Positions 47,034 to 55,983 of a stretch of DNA of 64,000 nt are shown piece by piece. How positions within the stretch are numbered: position 1 is the stretch's first letter; every line of letters starts with the position of its first letter. This DNA comes from Thermoanaerobaculia bacterium. GTDB taxonomy: Bacteria > Acidobacteriota > Thermoanaerobaculia > Gp7-AA8. The notes below the pieces were generated by a model that was not told the DNA's origin, ran no database searches, and saw only the letters and a program-made list of their open reading frames with translations. A program made the position numbers and the translations under genes. Where the stretch lies: positions 70,940 through 134,939 of the forward strand of contig DASPHC010000055.1 in assembly GCA_035629865.1 (NCBI GenBank). Direction: 5' to 3'.

Positions 47034-48776
47034 TTATTTCAGGCTGTTCAGGATGCGCGAGAGCTCCATCTTCTCCATGACGAGGCTGTCGAGACGGGCC
47101 GAGTCTCCGTTGCGCTCGGCATCCACGATCTCCCGCTGAATGAGTTGTTTGCGACGGTCGAGATATCCGCGCTCCATCGGCCGGAGGTTTTCGTCGATAC
47201 GGTCGAGAGCGCGATCGTCAATGTCCTCGGTGAGACTCAGCTCGCTCAGCAACAGCAGCTCGGCCTCGCCCTTAAGATGGGTCGCGACCTCTCCGAAATC
47301 AATAGGCTGGCCGGATAAAAGGTCACTTTTTATGATAGAAAACAGGGTTTTGCAGGCCGGGTCCTCGAAAAACTCCGCCTGAAGCCGGTCCACCTGCTGG
47401 TTTGTCAGCCTTCCCTGAATGGCCGCGGTGAGCACGAACTTCTCTCCCGTGGGGATTGGCGCCCTGGTCTGACGCTCGGCCGACGCGCCGGTGCTGGCCT
47501 TGCCACGGACCCGCGACCAGACCGTCTCGAACTCGAGCCGGAAGGCGTCGGCGATCCTCTGGGCGGCCTCGTTCCGCACGACCGGGTCGGTGACAGCCGA
47601 GAGGAGTGGCATGAAGCGCTCGACCCGCTCCGATTTGTCGCGGCCTGAGAGCTGGGCGGCGTCGGCCGCCCACTCGCGCAGGCCGAATTCGAAGATGTCG
47701 AGGGCGGTGGAGAGGACTTCCAGGAACTTGTCGGCTCCGTATTTCTGGACCAGCGCGTCGGGGTCTTTCTCTCCCTGGAGGTCGAGGGCGGAGACGTTGA
47801 TGCCGGCCGCGAGCAGGACCTGGGCGGCGCGCAGGGTGGCGTTGCGGCCCGCGTCGTCGCCGTCGTAGGCGATGACGACGTTGCGGGTGTAGCGGCGGAT
47901 GACGGACGCCTGGCCCGCGGTCAGCGAGGTGCCCATCGAGGCGACCACGCCCGGCACGCCGGCGAAGTCGATGGCGATGGCGTCGAAGTAGCCTTCGACG
48001 AGGATGGCCCTGTCATAGCGCCGCATGGCGTCTTTGCTGCGGTGGAGGTTGTACAGGAGGCGCGATTTGTTGAAGAGCTCCGACTCGGGAGAGTTGAGGT
48101 ACTTCGGCTCGCTGCCATCGAGCGAGCGCCCGCCGAAGCCGACCAGCGCCCCGGTGTCGGAGTGGATGGGGATCATGAGGCGGTTGCGGAAGCGGTCGTA
48201 GAAGCCGCTCTTTTCCTTGCGCGGCATGACGAGGCCGGTCAGCTCGAGCTTTTTGTCGCCGTGTTTCTGTCCGAGGCGGCGGAGGATGTAGTCCCAGGAG
48301 TCGGGAGCGAAGCCGAAGCCGTATCGGGTGACGATGTCTTTGGAGACGCCGCGTTTCTGCAGGTAGTCGTCGGCGGCATTCGGGGTCCAGTGGAGCGCCT
48401 GGTGGAAGGCCTCGGAGGCGTCGTCGATGACTTCGAAGAGATCGTCCTTCCCGCTCTCGCGCTGGCTCTTCCGCTTTTTCGGCAGTTCGATCCCGACGCG
48501 CCCGGCCACATGTTCGACGGCTTCGGGAAAGGTGAAGCGTTCGGTGAGGGTGAGGAACTTGAAGACGTCGCCCCCGGTGCCGCAGCCGAAGCAGTAGAAG
48601 AGTCCCTTGTCGCGGTCGACGTGGAAGGAGGGGGACTTTTCGCGGTGGAAGGGGCAGAGGCCCTTGTAGCTTTTGCCCGCGAGCTTCAGGGGCGTGACCT
48701 GCTGCACGAACTCGACGATGTCGGCCGCGGAGCGCACCTGCGCGATGATCGAGTCGTTCAGGTCAACGAAGGCCAT
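47034..48776 (-). CDS. dnaG: DNA primase DnaG
   Basis: N-terminal zinc-ribbon CPFHREKSPSFHVDRDKGLFYCFGCGTGGD, TOPRIM domain (LVEGYFDAIA), C-terminal helicase-interaction domain. Confidence 0.9.
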   Translation of the reverse strand: MAFVDLNDSIIAQVRSAADIVEFVQQVTPLKLAGKSYKGLCPFHREKSPSFHVDRDKGLFYCFGCGTGGDVFKFLTLTERFTFPEAVEHVAGRVGIELPKKRKSQRESGKDDLFEVIDDASEAFHQALHWTPNAADDYLQKRGVSKDIVTRYGFGFAPDSWDYILRRLGQKHGDKKLELTGLVMPRKEKSGFYDRFRNRLMIPIHSDTGALVGFGGRSLDGSEPKYLNSPESELFNKSRLLYNLHRSKDAMRRYDRAILVEGYFDAIAIDFAGVPGVVASMGTSLTAGQASVIRRYTRNVVIAYDGDDAGRNATLRAAQVLLAAGINVSALDLQGEKDPDALVQKYGADKFLEVLSTALDIFEFGLREWAADAAQLSGRDKSERVERFMPLLSAVTDPVVRNEAAQRIADAFRLEFETVWSRVRGKASTGASAERQTRAPIPTGEKFVLTAAIQGRLTNQQVDRLQAEFFEDPACKTLFSIIKSDLLSGQPIDFGEVATHLKGEAELLLLSELSLTEDIDDRALDRIDENLRPMERGYLDRRKQLIQREIVDAERNGDSARLDSLVMEKMELSRILNSLK

Positions 48777-48779
48777 GGG

Positions 48780-49145
48780 TGGGGGGAGGGCCGAGGGCCC
48801 CGGAGACAGGGCCGAGGGCCGAGGGCCGAGGGCCGAGGGGAAGCAAGATAGCCGCCGGAGGCGGCGATAGATCTGTAGGCCCGCCCTTCAGGGCGGGTTT
48901 GCGCGGATCGGGGAGCGGCGAGTCCGCGTAGCGGGCGACAGAACAGGGACTCGCGTGAATCCTATCCTGTCGCCCGCTTCGCGGGCTTGCCTTGGCGGGC
49001 CGCGTGGTGCCCGGCCTGAAGGCCGGGCCTACAGATCTTTCGCCGCCTTCGGCGGCTGGGGCACGATCGCACCATCCGATCTGGCGTCGATGGCGATCCT
49101 CGTTTCCGGCCCTCAGCCCTCGGCCCTCGGCCCTCGGCCCTGTCT
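48780..49145. repeat. Composite element between dnaG and mutS2: flanking GGGCCGAGGGCCGAGGGCCGAGG / inverted arrays enclosing a ~230-bp MITE-like core with ~45-bp TIRs (GCCGCCGGAGGCGGCGATAGATCTGTAGGCCCGCCCTTCAGGGCGGG ... CCCGGCCTGAAGGCCGGGCCTACAGATCTTTCGCCGCCTTCGGCGGC)
   Basis: Direct reading. The core contains internal inverted repeats (CGGGCGACAGAACAGGGACTCGCG ... GTCGCCCGCTTCGCGGGC). A second core copy lies at 60550-60740. Confidence 0.8.
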
Positions 49146-49147
49146 CC

Positions 49148-51538
49148 CTACTCATCCAACACCGCAATCGTCGCCCCATCTCCGCCTTCATTCTCCGCGC
49201 CTGGCCGCCACGACTTTACGGCGGGGTGTTTCTTGAGGTGCTGGCGGATGGCTTTGCGCAGGGTGCCGGTGCCGAAGCCGTGGATGATGCGGACGGCCTG
49301 CTTTCCTTCGAGTAATGCGCGGTCGAGGAATTTGTCGGATTCGTCGAGGGCGTCGTCGACGCGCTGGCCGATCAGGTTGAGCTCCGCGGCTATCATAGGG
49401 CCGAGGGCCGAGGGCTGAGGGCCGAGGGCGAAGCCTGAAGGAGCGGAGCCCCTCGGCCCTTTGCCCTCGGCCCTCGGCCCTGCATCTTTCGGGATGAGGT
49501 CGCGCAGCTCGACCGTCACTTTGCGGCCGCTGACGGTCATGATGGCTTTGGCGCCTTCGATCGAGATCACTTCGCCGACGACTTTGAACTTGCGGTGCTC
49601 GGCTTTGTCGCCGACGCGCACTTCGCGCTGTTCGGCGGGGATGAACTCCATTGCCTTATCAAGCGGCTTGGTGACCGTCCGCAAGACCTCGGTCGCGTTC
49701 AGGGAGGCGCGGGCGGTGCGGTCCATGTCGCGGAGGTTCTTGATCTCGTTCGTCACCTGGCGGGCGACATCGTCGCGCAGGCGCTCGAGTTCTTCACGGT
49801 AGGTCGTGCCGAGGCGGGTGCGCTCTTTCTCCAGCGCCTCGGATTTCTGCTGCATCGTGGTCCGCTCGCGCTCGAGGTCTTTGCGCAGGCTCAGCACCTC
49901 GTCCTGCTGCGCGACGATCTCGGACATCTTCTTCTGCAGCGTGGCCAGCAGATGGTCGGTCTCGCCGTAACGCTCGCCGAGGCGCTCCTTCGCCGAGGCG
50001 ATGATCGGGGCAGGGAGGCCGATGATCTTGGCGACCTCGATGGCGCGCGAGCGGCCCGGGATGCCACTGATCAGCCGGTAGGTCGGCTGGCCGGTCGCGG
50101 AGTCGAACTCCATCGAGGCGTTGACGATGCGGGTGTCGTTGACGGCGAAGCTCTTGAGCGCGGAGAGGTGGGTGGTGACGACGAGCAGCGCGCCGGTCTC
50201 GAGCAGGTGCTCGATCACCGCCGCGGCGATGGCGGCCCCTTCTTCCGGATCGGTTCCGGAGCCGAGCTCGTCGAGCAGCACCAGCGATTTGGGGGTGGCG
50301 CGGGCGAGGATGCGCTTGAGGCGCATCAGGTACGCCGAGAAGGTCGAGAGGTGTTCGAGGACGCTCTGGTCGTCGCCGATCAGAACGTGCAGCGCGTCGA
50401 CGACCGGCAGTACGGTCCCTTCGGCGGCGGGGACGGGAAGGCCGCTCATCCCCATGGCCACCAGGAGGCCGGCGGTCTTGAGTGAGACGGTCTTGCCGCC
50501 GGCGTTCGGTCCGGAGACGACGAGCGCGGATTTCTCGCCGGTGAGGTCGATCGTCAGGGGGATGACTTTCCGGCCGCTCGGCTCTTCACCAAAGGCGGTC
50601 TCGCGCGCGTCGGCGAGGCGCTCGTCGAGCAGCGGATGGCGTCCTTCGACGATGTGCAGCGTGCGGTCGCTCGAGAACGACGGGCGCGCGGCGCGGATGG
50701 CGTCGTGGAAGACGGCGCACGCCTGCAGGGCGTCGAGCTCGCCGGCGACGGCGGTGGCCTCGAGGATGCCGAGGCGATGCTCGAAGACGGTCTGGGAGAC
50801 GAAGCGGGTGATGCGGGCGATCTCTTCGCGCTCCTGGATGAGGAGGTCGGCGAGGTCGTTGTTCAATTCGATGGCCTGCATCGGCTCGATGAAGAACGAC
50901 GCGCCGGAGCCGGAGCGCTCGTGGAGGATGCCGGGGACGGCGTTGCGGTTGTCGCTGCGGATGGGGATGCAGTAACGGTCGCCGCGCATGACGATCAGCG
51001 GCTCCTGAACCGCGTCTTCATTGCGGTTCATGATGTCGTTGAGGGTCTTCTGGATGGCGGAGCGTTTCTGGTGGACGCGGGTGCGGATGGCGCGCAGCTC
51101 GGCCGACGCTTCTTCGCGCAGCTTGCCTTCGCGGGTGAAGTATTTGTTGGTCTTGGTCAGCAGCTCGCCGAGGTCGGGGATGGCCGCGGACATGGCCAGC
51201 AGGCGTGGGAAGCCGCTGGTGCGCTGGAGGGTCTCGCGGATGGCCTGGGTGGCGCGGACGGCCCGGACGACGTGCCACGATTCTTCGATCTCGAGGACGG
51301 TCTCGCGGTCGAATAGCGGCCGCAGGTCGTCGAGGCCGGCCAGCGGCAGGAGTCCCTCGGTGTGGAAGAAACGGACCATCTCGGCGAGGTCGGCCTGCGC
51401 GCTCTCGCACTCGGCCGCCGTCCGCAACGGCCGCCGCCGAGCGACGGCTTCCTTGCCGGGGACGCTCTTGGCTTCCATCGCGACCAGCGTGAGGACGCGG
51501 TCGAATTCGAGGGTGGTCAGGGATTCAGGGTTGGTCAT
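49148..51538 (-). CDS. mutS2: Endonuclease MutS2 (MutS domain III/ATPase plus C-terminal Smr domain), with an in-frame GGCCGAGGGC-palindrome insertion in the linker before Smr
   Basis: Walker A GPNAGGKT, MutS signature region, C-terminal Smr (ELNLIGQRVDDAL...VRIIHGFGTGTLR). The linker ...DAGPRAEGKGPRGSAPSGFALGPQPSALGP... is encoded by the repeat at 49380-49480. Confidence 0.85.
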   Translation of the reverse strand: MTNPESLTTLEFDRVLTLVAMEAKSVPGKEAVARRRPLRTAAECESAQADLAEMVRFFHTEGLLPLAGLDDLRPLFDRETVLEIEESWHVVRAVRATQAIRETLQRTSGFPRLLAMSAAIPDLGELLTKTNKYFTREGKLREEASAELRAIRTRVHQKRSAIQKTLNDIMNRNEDAVQEPLIVMRGDRYCIPIRSDNRNAVPGILHERSGSGASFFIEPMQAIELNNDLADLLIQEREEIARITRFVSQTVFEHRLGILEATAVAGELDALQACAVFHDAIRAARPSFSSDRTLHIVEGRHPLLDERLADARETAFGEEPSGRKVIPLTIDLTGEKSALVVSGPNAGGKTVSLKTAGLLVAMGMSGLPVPAAEGTVLPVVDALHVLIGDDQSVLEHLSTFSAYLMRLKRILARATPKSLVLLDELGSGTDPEEGAAIAAAVIEHLLETGALLVVTTHLSALKSFAVNDTRIVNASMEFDSATGQPTYRLISGIPGRSRAIEVAKIIGLPAPIIASAKERLGERYGETDHLLATLQKKMSEIVAQQDEVLSLRKDLERERTTMQQKSEALEKERTRLGTTYREELERLRDDVARQVTNEIKNLRDMDRTARASLNATEVLRTVTKPLDKAMEFIPAEQREVRVGDKAEHRKFKVVGEVISIEGAKAIMTVSGRKVTVELRDLIPKDAGPRAEGKGPRGSAPSGFALGPQPSALGPMIAAELNLIGQRVDDALDESDKFLDRALLEGKQAVRIIHGFGTGTLRKAIRQHLKKHPAVKSWRPGAENEGGDGATIAVLDE

Positions 51539-51619
51539 TTTTCAGAAGCTCGCAGTTGGCAGCTCGCAGCTCGCAGCAGAACCTGGGGCGGGTGGGCCTG
51601 CAAGCTTAGAGCTGCGAGC

Positions 51620-51668
51620 TAAAAAGAAAAGCGGCCCGCGATCGCTCGCGAGCCGCTCAGGAAAACGT
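51620..51668 (-). terminator. Probable attenuator/terminator hairpin downstream of rpsU
   Basis: Minus-strand GAGCGGCUCGCGAGCGAUCGCGGGCCGC followed by UUUUCUUUUU. A second inverted repeat (AGCTCGCAGCTCGCAG / GAGCTGCGAGCT) lies at 51550-51625. Confidence 0.5.
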
Positions 51669-51678
51669 GATCAGAAGA

Positions 51679-51885
51679 TTAGTAGCCGGTGCGACGCTCT
51701 TCGGCGAGCTTGCGCAACACTTTCTTCCGGGCCGCGATCGCTTTACGCTTCCGCTTGGTGCTCGGCTTTTCGAAGTGCTGACGCTTCTTCAGCTCGGAGA
51801 GAATCCCCGACTTCTCACATTTCCGCTTGAAGCGGCGAAGCGCATTCTCGAAAGACTCGTCTTCTTTGACGTGTACGAGAGGCAT
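51679..51885 (-). CDS. rpsU: 30S ribosomal protein S21
   Basis: [55 protein letters not shown]... matches canonical S21. Confidence 0.9.
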   Translation of the reverse strand: MPLVHVKEDESFENALRRFKRKCEKSGILSELKKRQHFEKPSTKRKRKAIAARKKVLRKLAEERRTGY

Positions 51886-52091
51886 TTCCCGATTCCCCCC
51901 CTTCGGCTTGAGCTGTGGTATTGGCGGCAGGCCCCTGCGGCCCTGCCTATTTTAGGTTCGGCTCCGGACCCGGTCAATCGGGCGGCTGGAACGACCTTGT
52001 TTCAACCGCGTCTCAACGCCTGCTCGGGGCCGCTGATTCCGGAATCGCTGTGAACTGTTGTAACTTGCACAGCCGCAAAGGAAATCTCCTG

Positions 52092-54179
52092 ATGAAAATG
52101 TTGAAAATAACAATGCTGGCGCTGCTCCTCGCCTCCTGTGCGACGCAGCCGGCCCCTCGAACGGCCTCGGTAGCGACCCCTGCGGTTCCGGTCACGGAGG
52201 CCCGTCCGGCGCGAGAAGTTCTCCATGGTGTAGAGATCTCCGATCCGTACCAGTGGCTCGAGGATCAGGAGGCTCCGGCCACCCGCGAATGGATCAGCCG
52301 GCAGAATGCCTACACGGACGCGATCCTCGGTCCGCGCCCGGAGCCGGGCATCTTCGCGGCCCGGCTCGAGCAGCTCATGACCACCGACAAGATCTCCGCC
52401 CCGCACTACCGCAACGGGCGTTTCTTCTTCCTGCGCCGCGCCATCGGGGAGGACCAGGCCTCCCTCTATCTGCGCGACCGGAAAGGGAAGGAGGAGCGGC
52501 TGATCGACCCCGCGCCGATGAGCCCGGACCATACCGTCAGCGTCGGCATCTACGACATCACGCCGGACGGGAAGTTGCTGGCCTACTCGGTGCGCAAGGG
52601 GGGAGCGGACGAAGTCGAGATCCGTTTCTACGACACCGATGCCCGCCGCGACATCGGCGAGCCTCTGGCACGCGAACGTTTCTACACGGTCAACATCGCC
52701 CCGAACAACGACGTCTATTACACACGCCGGACGGCGGCCGGTCCTCGCACGTTCCGCCGTCCGCTCACCGGCGGGCGGGAGCACGAGCTGTTCGGCAGCG
52801 GCTACGGTCCGGAGAAGCTCATCTACAGCGCGCTGTCGGAGGACGGACGCTATCTGCTGGTCAACGTCCTCCACGGATCGGCGCCGAAGAAGACGGAGAT
52901 CTACGTCGACGACCTGCGCGATGCCGCTCCGCCGCAGACGGTGGTGAACGACCTCGATTTCCGCACGTTCGGCGAGATGGCCGGCGACTCGATCGTCCTC
53001 CACACGAACTGGAACGCGCCGAACGACCGGGTGATGGTCGCCAGCGCGGCCGCGCCGGGACGCGGGCAGTGGAGGGAGATCGTGCCGGAGAATCCGAAGG
53101 CGGCGATCCAGTCGACGTCACTCGCCGGGGGCCGCGTCTATGTGAAGTATCTCGAGGAGGTGAAGCCGCGCCTGATCGGCTACGACCTCGAGGGCAACCG
53201 GAAGGACGACGTGGCGTTTCCGACCCTCGGCAACCTCAGCGACATGTCGGGGACGTGGACCTCGCCGGTGGCCTTCTTCGGCTTCAGCTCCTTCCACGTG
53301 CCGAACACCATCTATCAATATGACGTCGCGACCGGCGGCCGGTCGGTCTTCACGGTCGAGAACGCGCCGGTGAAGCCGGACGACTTCACGGTCGAGCAGG
53401 TGTGGTACCCGTCCAAGGACGGGACGCGCGTTCCGATGTTCCTGTTGTCCCGCAAGGGCGTGCAGCGCAACGGTGCGAATCCGGTCTTCCTGACCGGTTA
53501 CGGCGGCTTCACCTCCAGCATGACACCGTCGTTCTCGGCGAAAGCCATCGCCTGGGTCGAGCAGGGAGGGATCTATGCGGTCCCGAACCTCCGCGGCGGC
53601 GGGGAGTTCGGCGAGGCGTGGCATCGGGCCGGGATGCAGGACACGAAGCAGAACACGTTCGACGACTTCATCGCGGCGGCCGAGTATCTGGTGCGCGAGC
53701 GCTATACGTCGCCGCGGCACATCGCCATCGCCGGCGGCAGCAACGGCGGCCTGCTGGTGATGGCCGCGGCGATGCAGCGGCCGGATCTCTTCGGCGCCGT
53801 GGTCTGCCGCTATCCGTTGATCGACATGCTTCGCTATCACAAGTTCCTCGTCGGCAGCTTCTGGGTGCCGGAGTACGGCGACCCCGCGAAAGCCGAGGAG
53901 TTCCAGTGGGTGTATGCGTACTCGCCGTATCACAAGGTGAAGCAGGGGACGAAGTATCCGGCCACGCTCTTCATCACCGGCGACGCCGACACGCGCGTGG
54001 CTCCGCTGCACGCCCGGAAGATGACGGCGCTGATGCAGGCCCAGGCCGGGAACGGTCCGGAAGACCCGATCCTGCTGCGCTATCACATCGCCGGAGGGCA
54101 CGCGGGCGGAGAGCCGCTCGCCGTGCAGGTGAAGAACGCGGCCGAGGAGTTGGGGTTTGTGTGGTGGCAGGTGAAATAG
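52092..54179 (+). CDS. Prolyl oligopeptidase (S9A family) lipoprotein
   Basis: Lipobox LLASCAT; N-terminal beta-propeller; catalytic domain with GGSNGGLL (Ser nucleophile), plus catalytic Asp/His regions (GDADTRV, GGHAG). Start chosen at MKMLKIT with RBS AAGGAAA. Confidence 0.85.
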   Translation: MKMLKITMLALLLASCATQPAPRTASVATPAVPVTEARPAREVLHGVEISDPYQWLEDQEAPATREWISRQNAYTDAILGPRPEPGIFAARLEQLMTTDKISAPHYRNGRFFFLRRAIGEDQASLYLRDRKGKEERLIDPAPMSPDHTVSVGIYDITPDGKLLAYSVRKGGADEVEIRFYDTDARRDIGEPLARERFYTVNIAPNNDVYYTRRTAAGPRTFRRPLTGGREHELFGSGYGPEKLIYSALSEDGRYLLVNVLHGSAPKKTEIYVDDLRDAAPPQTVVNDLDFRTFGEMAGDSIVLHTNWNAPNDRVMVASAAAPGRGQWREIVPENPKAAIQSTSLAGGRVYVKYLEEVKPRLIGYDLEGNRKDDVAFPTLGNLSDMSGTWTSPVAFFGFSSFHVPNTIYQYDVATGGRSVFTVENAPVKPDDFTVEQVWYPSKDGTRVPMFLLSRKGVQRNGANPVFLTGYGGFTSSMTPSFSAKAIAWVEQGGIYAVPNLRGGGEFGEAWHRAGMQDTKQNTFDDFIAAAEYLVRERYTSPRHIAIAGGSNGGLLVMAAAMQRPDLFGAVVCRYPLIDMLRYHKFLVGSFWVPEYGDPAKAEEFQWVYAYSPYHKVKQGTKYPATLFITGDADTRVAPLHARKMTALMQAQAGNGPEDPILLRYHIAGGHAGGEPLAVQVKNAAEELGFVWWQVK

Positions 54180-54265
54180 GACCTATAGGACGAATGGGAC
54201 CAATAGGACGGCGTCATTCGTCCTATTGGTCCTATGAGTCCCATAGGTCCTATTTTGGATCACGC
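54175..54265. repeat. Second copy of the GGACCTATAGGAC / GGACCAATAGGACG palindrome cluster, between convergent 3' ends of the prolyl oligopeptidase and udk genes
   Basis: ggacctataggacgaatgggaccaataggacggcgtcattcgtcctattggtcctatgagtcccataggtcctat, including the perfect hairpin GGACCAATAGGACG / CGTCCTATTGGTCC. Confidence 0.75.
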
Positions 54266-54874
54266 GAGTAACCCTTCCACCCTGGCGATGATCGCGTTGA
54301 TGGCCACGAGGTTCTCTCCCCCCTCGGGGATGATCAGGTCGGCGTAGCGTTTCGACGGCTCGACGAACTCTTCGTGCATGGGGCGAACGGTGGTGACGTA
54401 CTGCTCGATCACCGACTCGACGCTCCGGCCGCGGCTTTTGATGTCGCGGACGAGGCGGCGCATGAAGCGGATGTCGGAGGGGGTGTCGACGAACAGCTTG
54501 ATGTCGATGCGTTTGCGGAGCTCGGGCTCGGCGAGGACGAGAATGCCTTCGACGATGATGACTTTCCGCGGCTCGACGCGCTGGGTCTCGGTCTTGCGCG
54601 AGTGGGTGGCGAAGTCGTAGCGCGGGACTTCGACAGCCGCTCCTTTGGTGAGGACGTCGAGGTGGCGCACCAGCAGCTCGGTCTCGAGGGAGTCGGGGTG
54701 GTCGAAGTTGATGTGGTGGCGTTCTTCGGGGGTCAGGGCCTCGAAGTTCCGGTAGTAGGAGTCGTGCGAGATCCATTCGATGCGGTCGCTGCCGACCCGG
54801 TCGTAGATGGAGCGCGCCACGGTGGTCTTGCCCGACCCGGTGCCGCCTGCGATGCCGACGATGACTGATTTCAT
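54260..54874 (-). CDS. udk: Uridine kinase
   Basis: P-loop GIAGGTGSGKTT, conserved uridine-kinase regions (IIPEGGEN, VEPSKRYADLIIP-like). Confidence 0.9.
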   Translation of the reverse strand: MKSVIVGIAGGTGSGKTTVARSIYDRVGSDRIEWISHDSYYRNFEALTPEERHHINFDHPDSLETELLVRHLDVLTKGAAVEVPRYDFATHSRKTETQRVEPRKVIIVEGILVLAEPELRKRIDIKLFVDTPSDIRFMRRLVRDIKSRGRSVESVIEQYVTTVRPMHEEFVEPSKRYADLIIPEGGENLVAINAIIARVEGLLA

Positions 54875-55029
54875 GCGAGGTCGTCGTAGTCGCTCTGGGT
54901 CAGGAATTCGGTGACGTCGTCACTCCCGCAGGTCGTGCATGTGATCGCGATCAGTTTTTCACCCTGCATCTCGAATTCGTACGTCGGCATCTCGCACTGA
55001 AGGCAAATGAAGTATTCCGGCTCGTCCAT
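54871..55029 (-). CDS. Small zinc-ribbon protein (52 aa), translationally coupled to udk
   Basis: MDEPEYFICLQCEMPTYEFEMQGEKLIAITCTTCGSDDVTEF (CxxC...CxxC); ATGA overlap with the udk start. Start chosen at the internal Met. Confidence 0.4.
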   Translation of the reverse strand: MDEPEYFICLQCEMPTYEFEMQGEKLIAITCTTCGSDDVTEFLTQSDYDDLA

Positions 55030-55057
55030 CGCGGCGAAGGATAACGGATTCCGGTGG

Positions 55058-55200
55058 CACGAGGGGACGACGGGAGGCCTCCGGCGGGCGGGCCCGGCCC
55101 GCGGCGTTGGTTGCCATAAGCTGAACGCACGCTCTCGAACGAAACGCGGTTTGCGCGAAAACAAACGCCGCGGGCCGGGCCCGCCCGCCGGAGGCCCCTC
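55058..55200. repeat. Second copy of the GACGAC(C)GGGAGGCCTCCGGCGGGCGGGC...palindrome family
   Basis: gacgacgggaggcctccggcgggcgggcccggcccgcggcgttgg...ccaacgccgcgggccgggcccgcccgccggaggcccctcgtcgt. Confidence 0.75.
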
Positions 55201-55214
55201 GTCGTTCCCTCGTG

Positions 55215-55949
55215 TCACCGGTTGCCGATTCTCGGCACGATGAACTTTCCGGAGTTGGTCGCGTTCTCGACGACCGAGGCGTAGACGTGGGTGTCGCGGG
55301 AAGACGTCTCGATTACCACGGAGAACCCTTCCCCTTTGGTGATCATCGGAAAGAGCGACTGGACGGCCATGTGGACGAGCGAGCCGGCGTCGACGCTGAT
55401 GTTGGTCACGGCGACGCTGCGGCCGGGGATGCGCTGCAGGGCGAGGAGGAACTCGGCGGGGCGCTCGCCGGTGTTGACCAGGCCGAGGTTCGTCCGGAAA
55501 TCGTCACTGAAGGCGAGGCCGTCGAGGACGCGCACCGGAAAGTAGGTGTCGGGGCCGTAGGTGGCGATCGTCTGCGGCGGCGAGATCTCGGCTCCGCGGA
55601 CCGCGTAGGCCTGGGCGCGCACGGTGAGGCCGCGGCGGCCGGCGGTGGTGATGCGCAGCGGGGAGAGGGCGGAATCGAGACCGAAGGCCTGGCCGACGAT
55701 GTCGGTGAAGCGCTGCGACTGGCCGGGCGAGAGGGTGAAGGCGACCATCGGCGAGCCGGAGCCGGCGGGGAGCTCGAGGGCGACGTCGACTTCGAGGCCG
55801 GTCTCGTTCACCAGCTCGACGTCGGTCAGCCAGCGAATCATCGTCGGGCCGAAGACGCTGCCGACCACCGGGACGATCGTGGTGGCGGTGCTCTGCGCGC
55901 GAGCCGTCGCGGCAAACAGCAGTAATCCAATCAGAAGTCGAAACTTCAT
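55215..55949 (-). CDS. Secreted hypothetical protein
   Basis: Signal peptide MKFRLLIGLLLFAATARA; beta-rich, no recognised motif. Confidence 0.45.
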   Translation of the reverse strand: MKFRLLIGLLLFAATARAQSTATTIVPVVGSVFGPTMIRWLTDVELVNETGLEVDVALELPAGSGSPMVAFTLSPGQSQRFTDIVGQAFGLDSALSPLRITTAGRRGLTVRAQAYAVRGAEISPPQTIATYGPDTYFPVRVLDGLAFSDDFRTNLGLVNTGERPAEFLLALQRIPGRSVAVTNISVDAGSLVHMAVQSLFPMITKGEGFSVVIETSSRDTHVYASVVENATNSGKFIVPRIGNR

Positions 55950-55983
55950 CCCGACCTACGACGCTCCTGATTATCTCGGAGTT

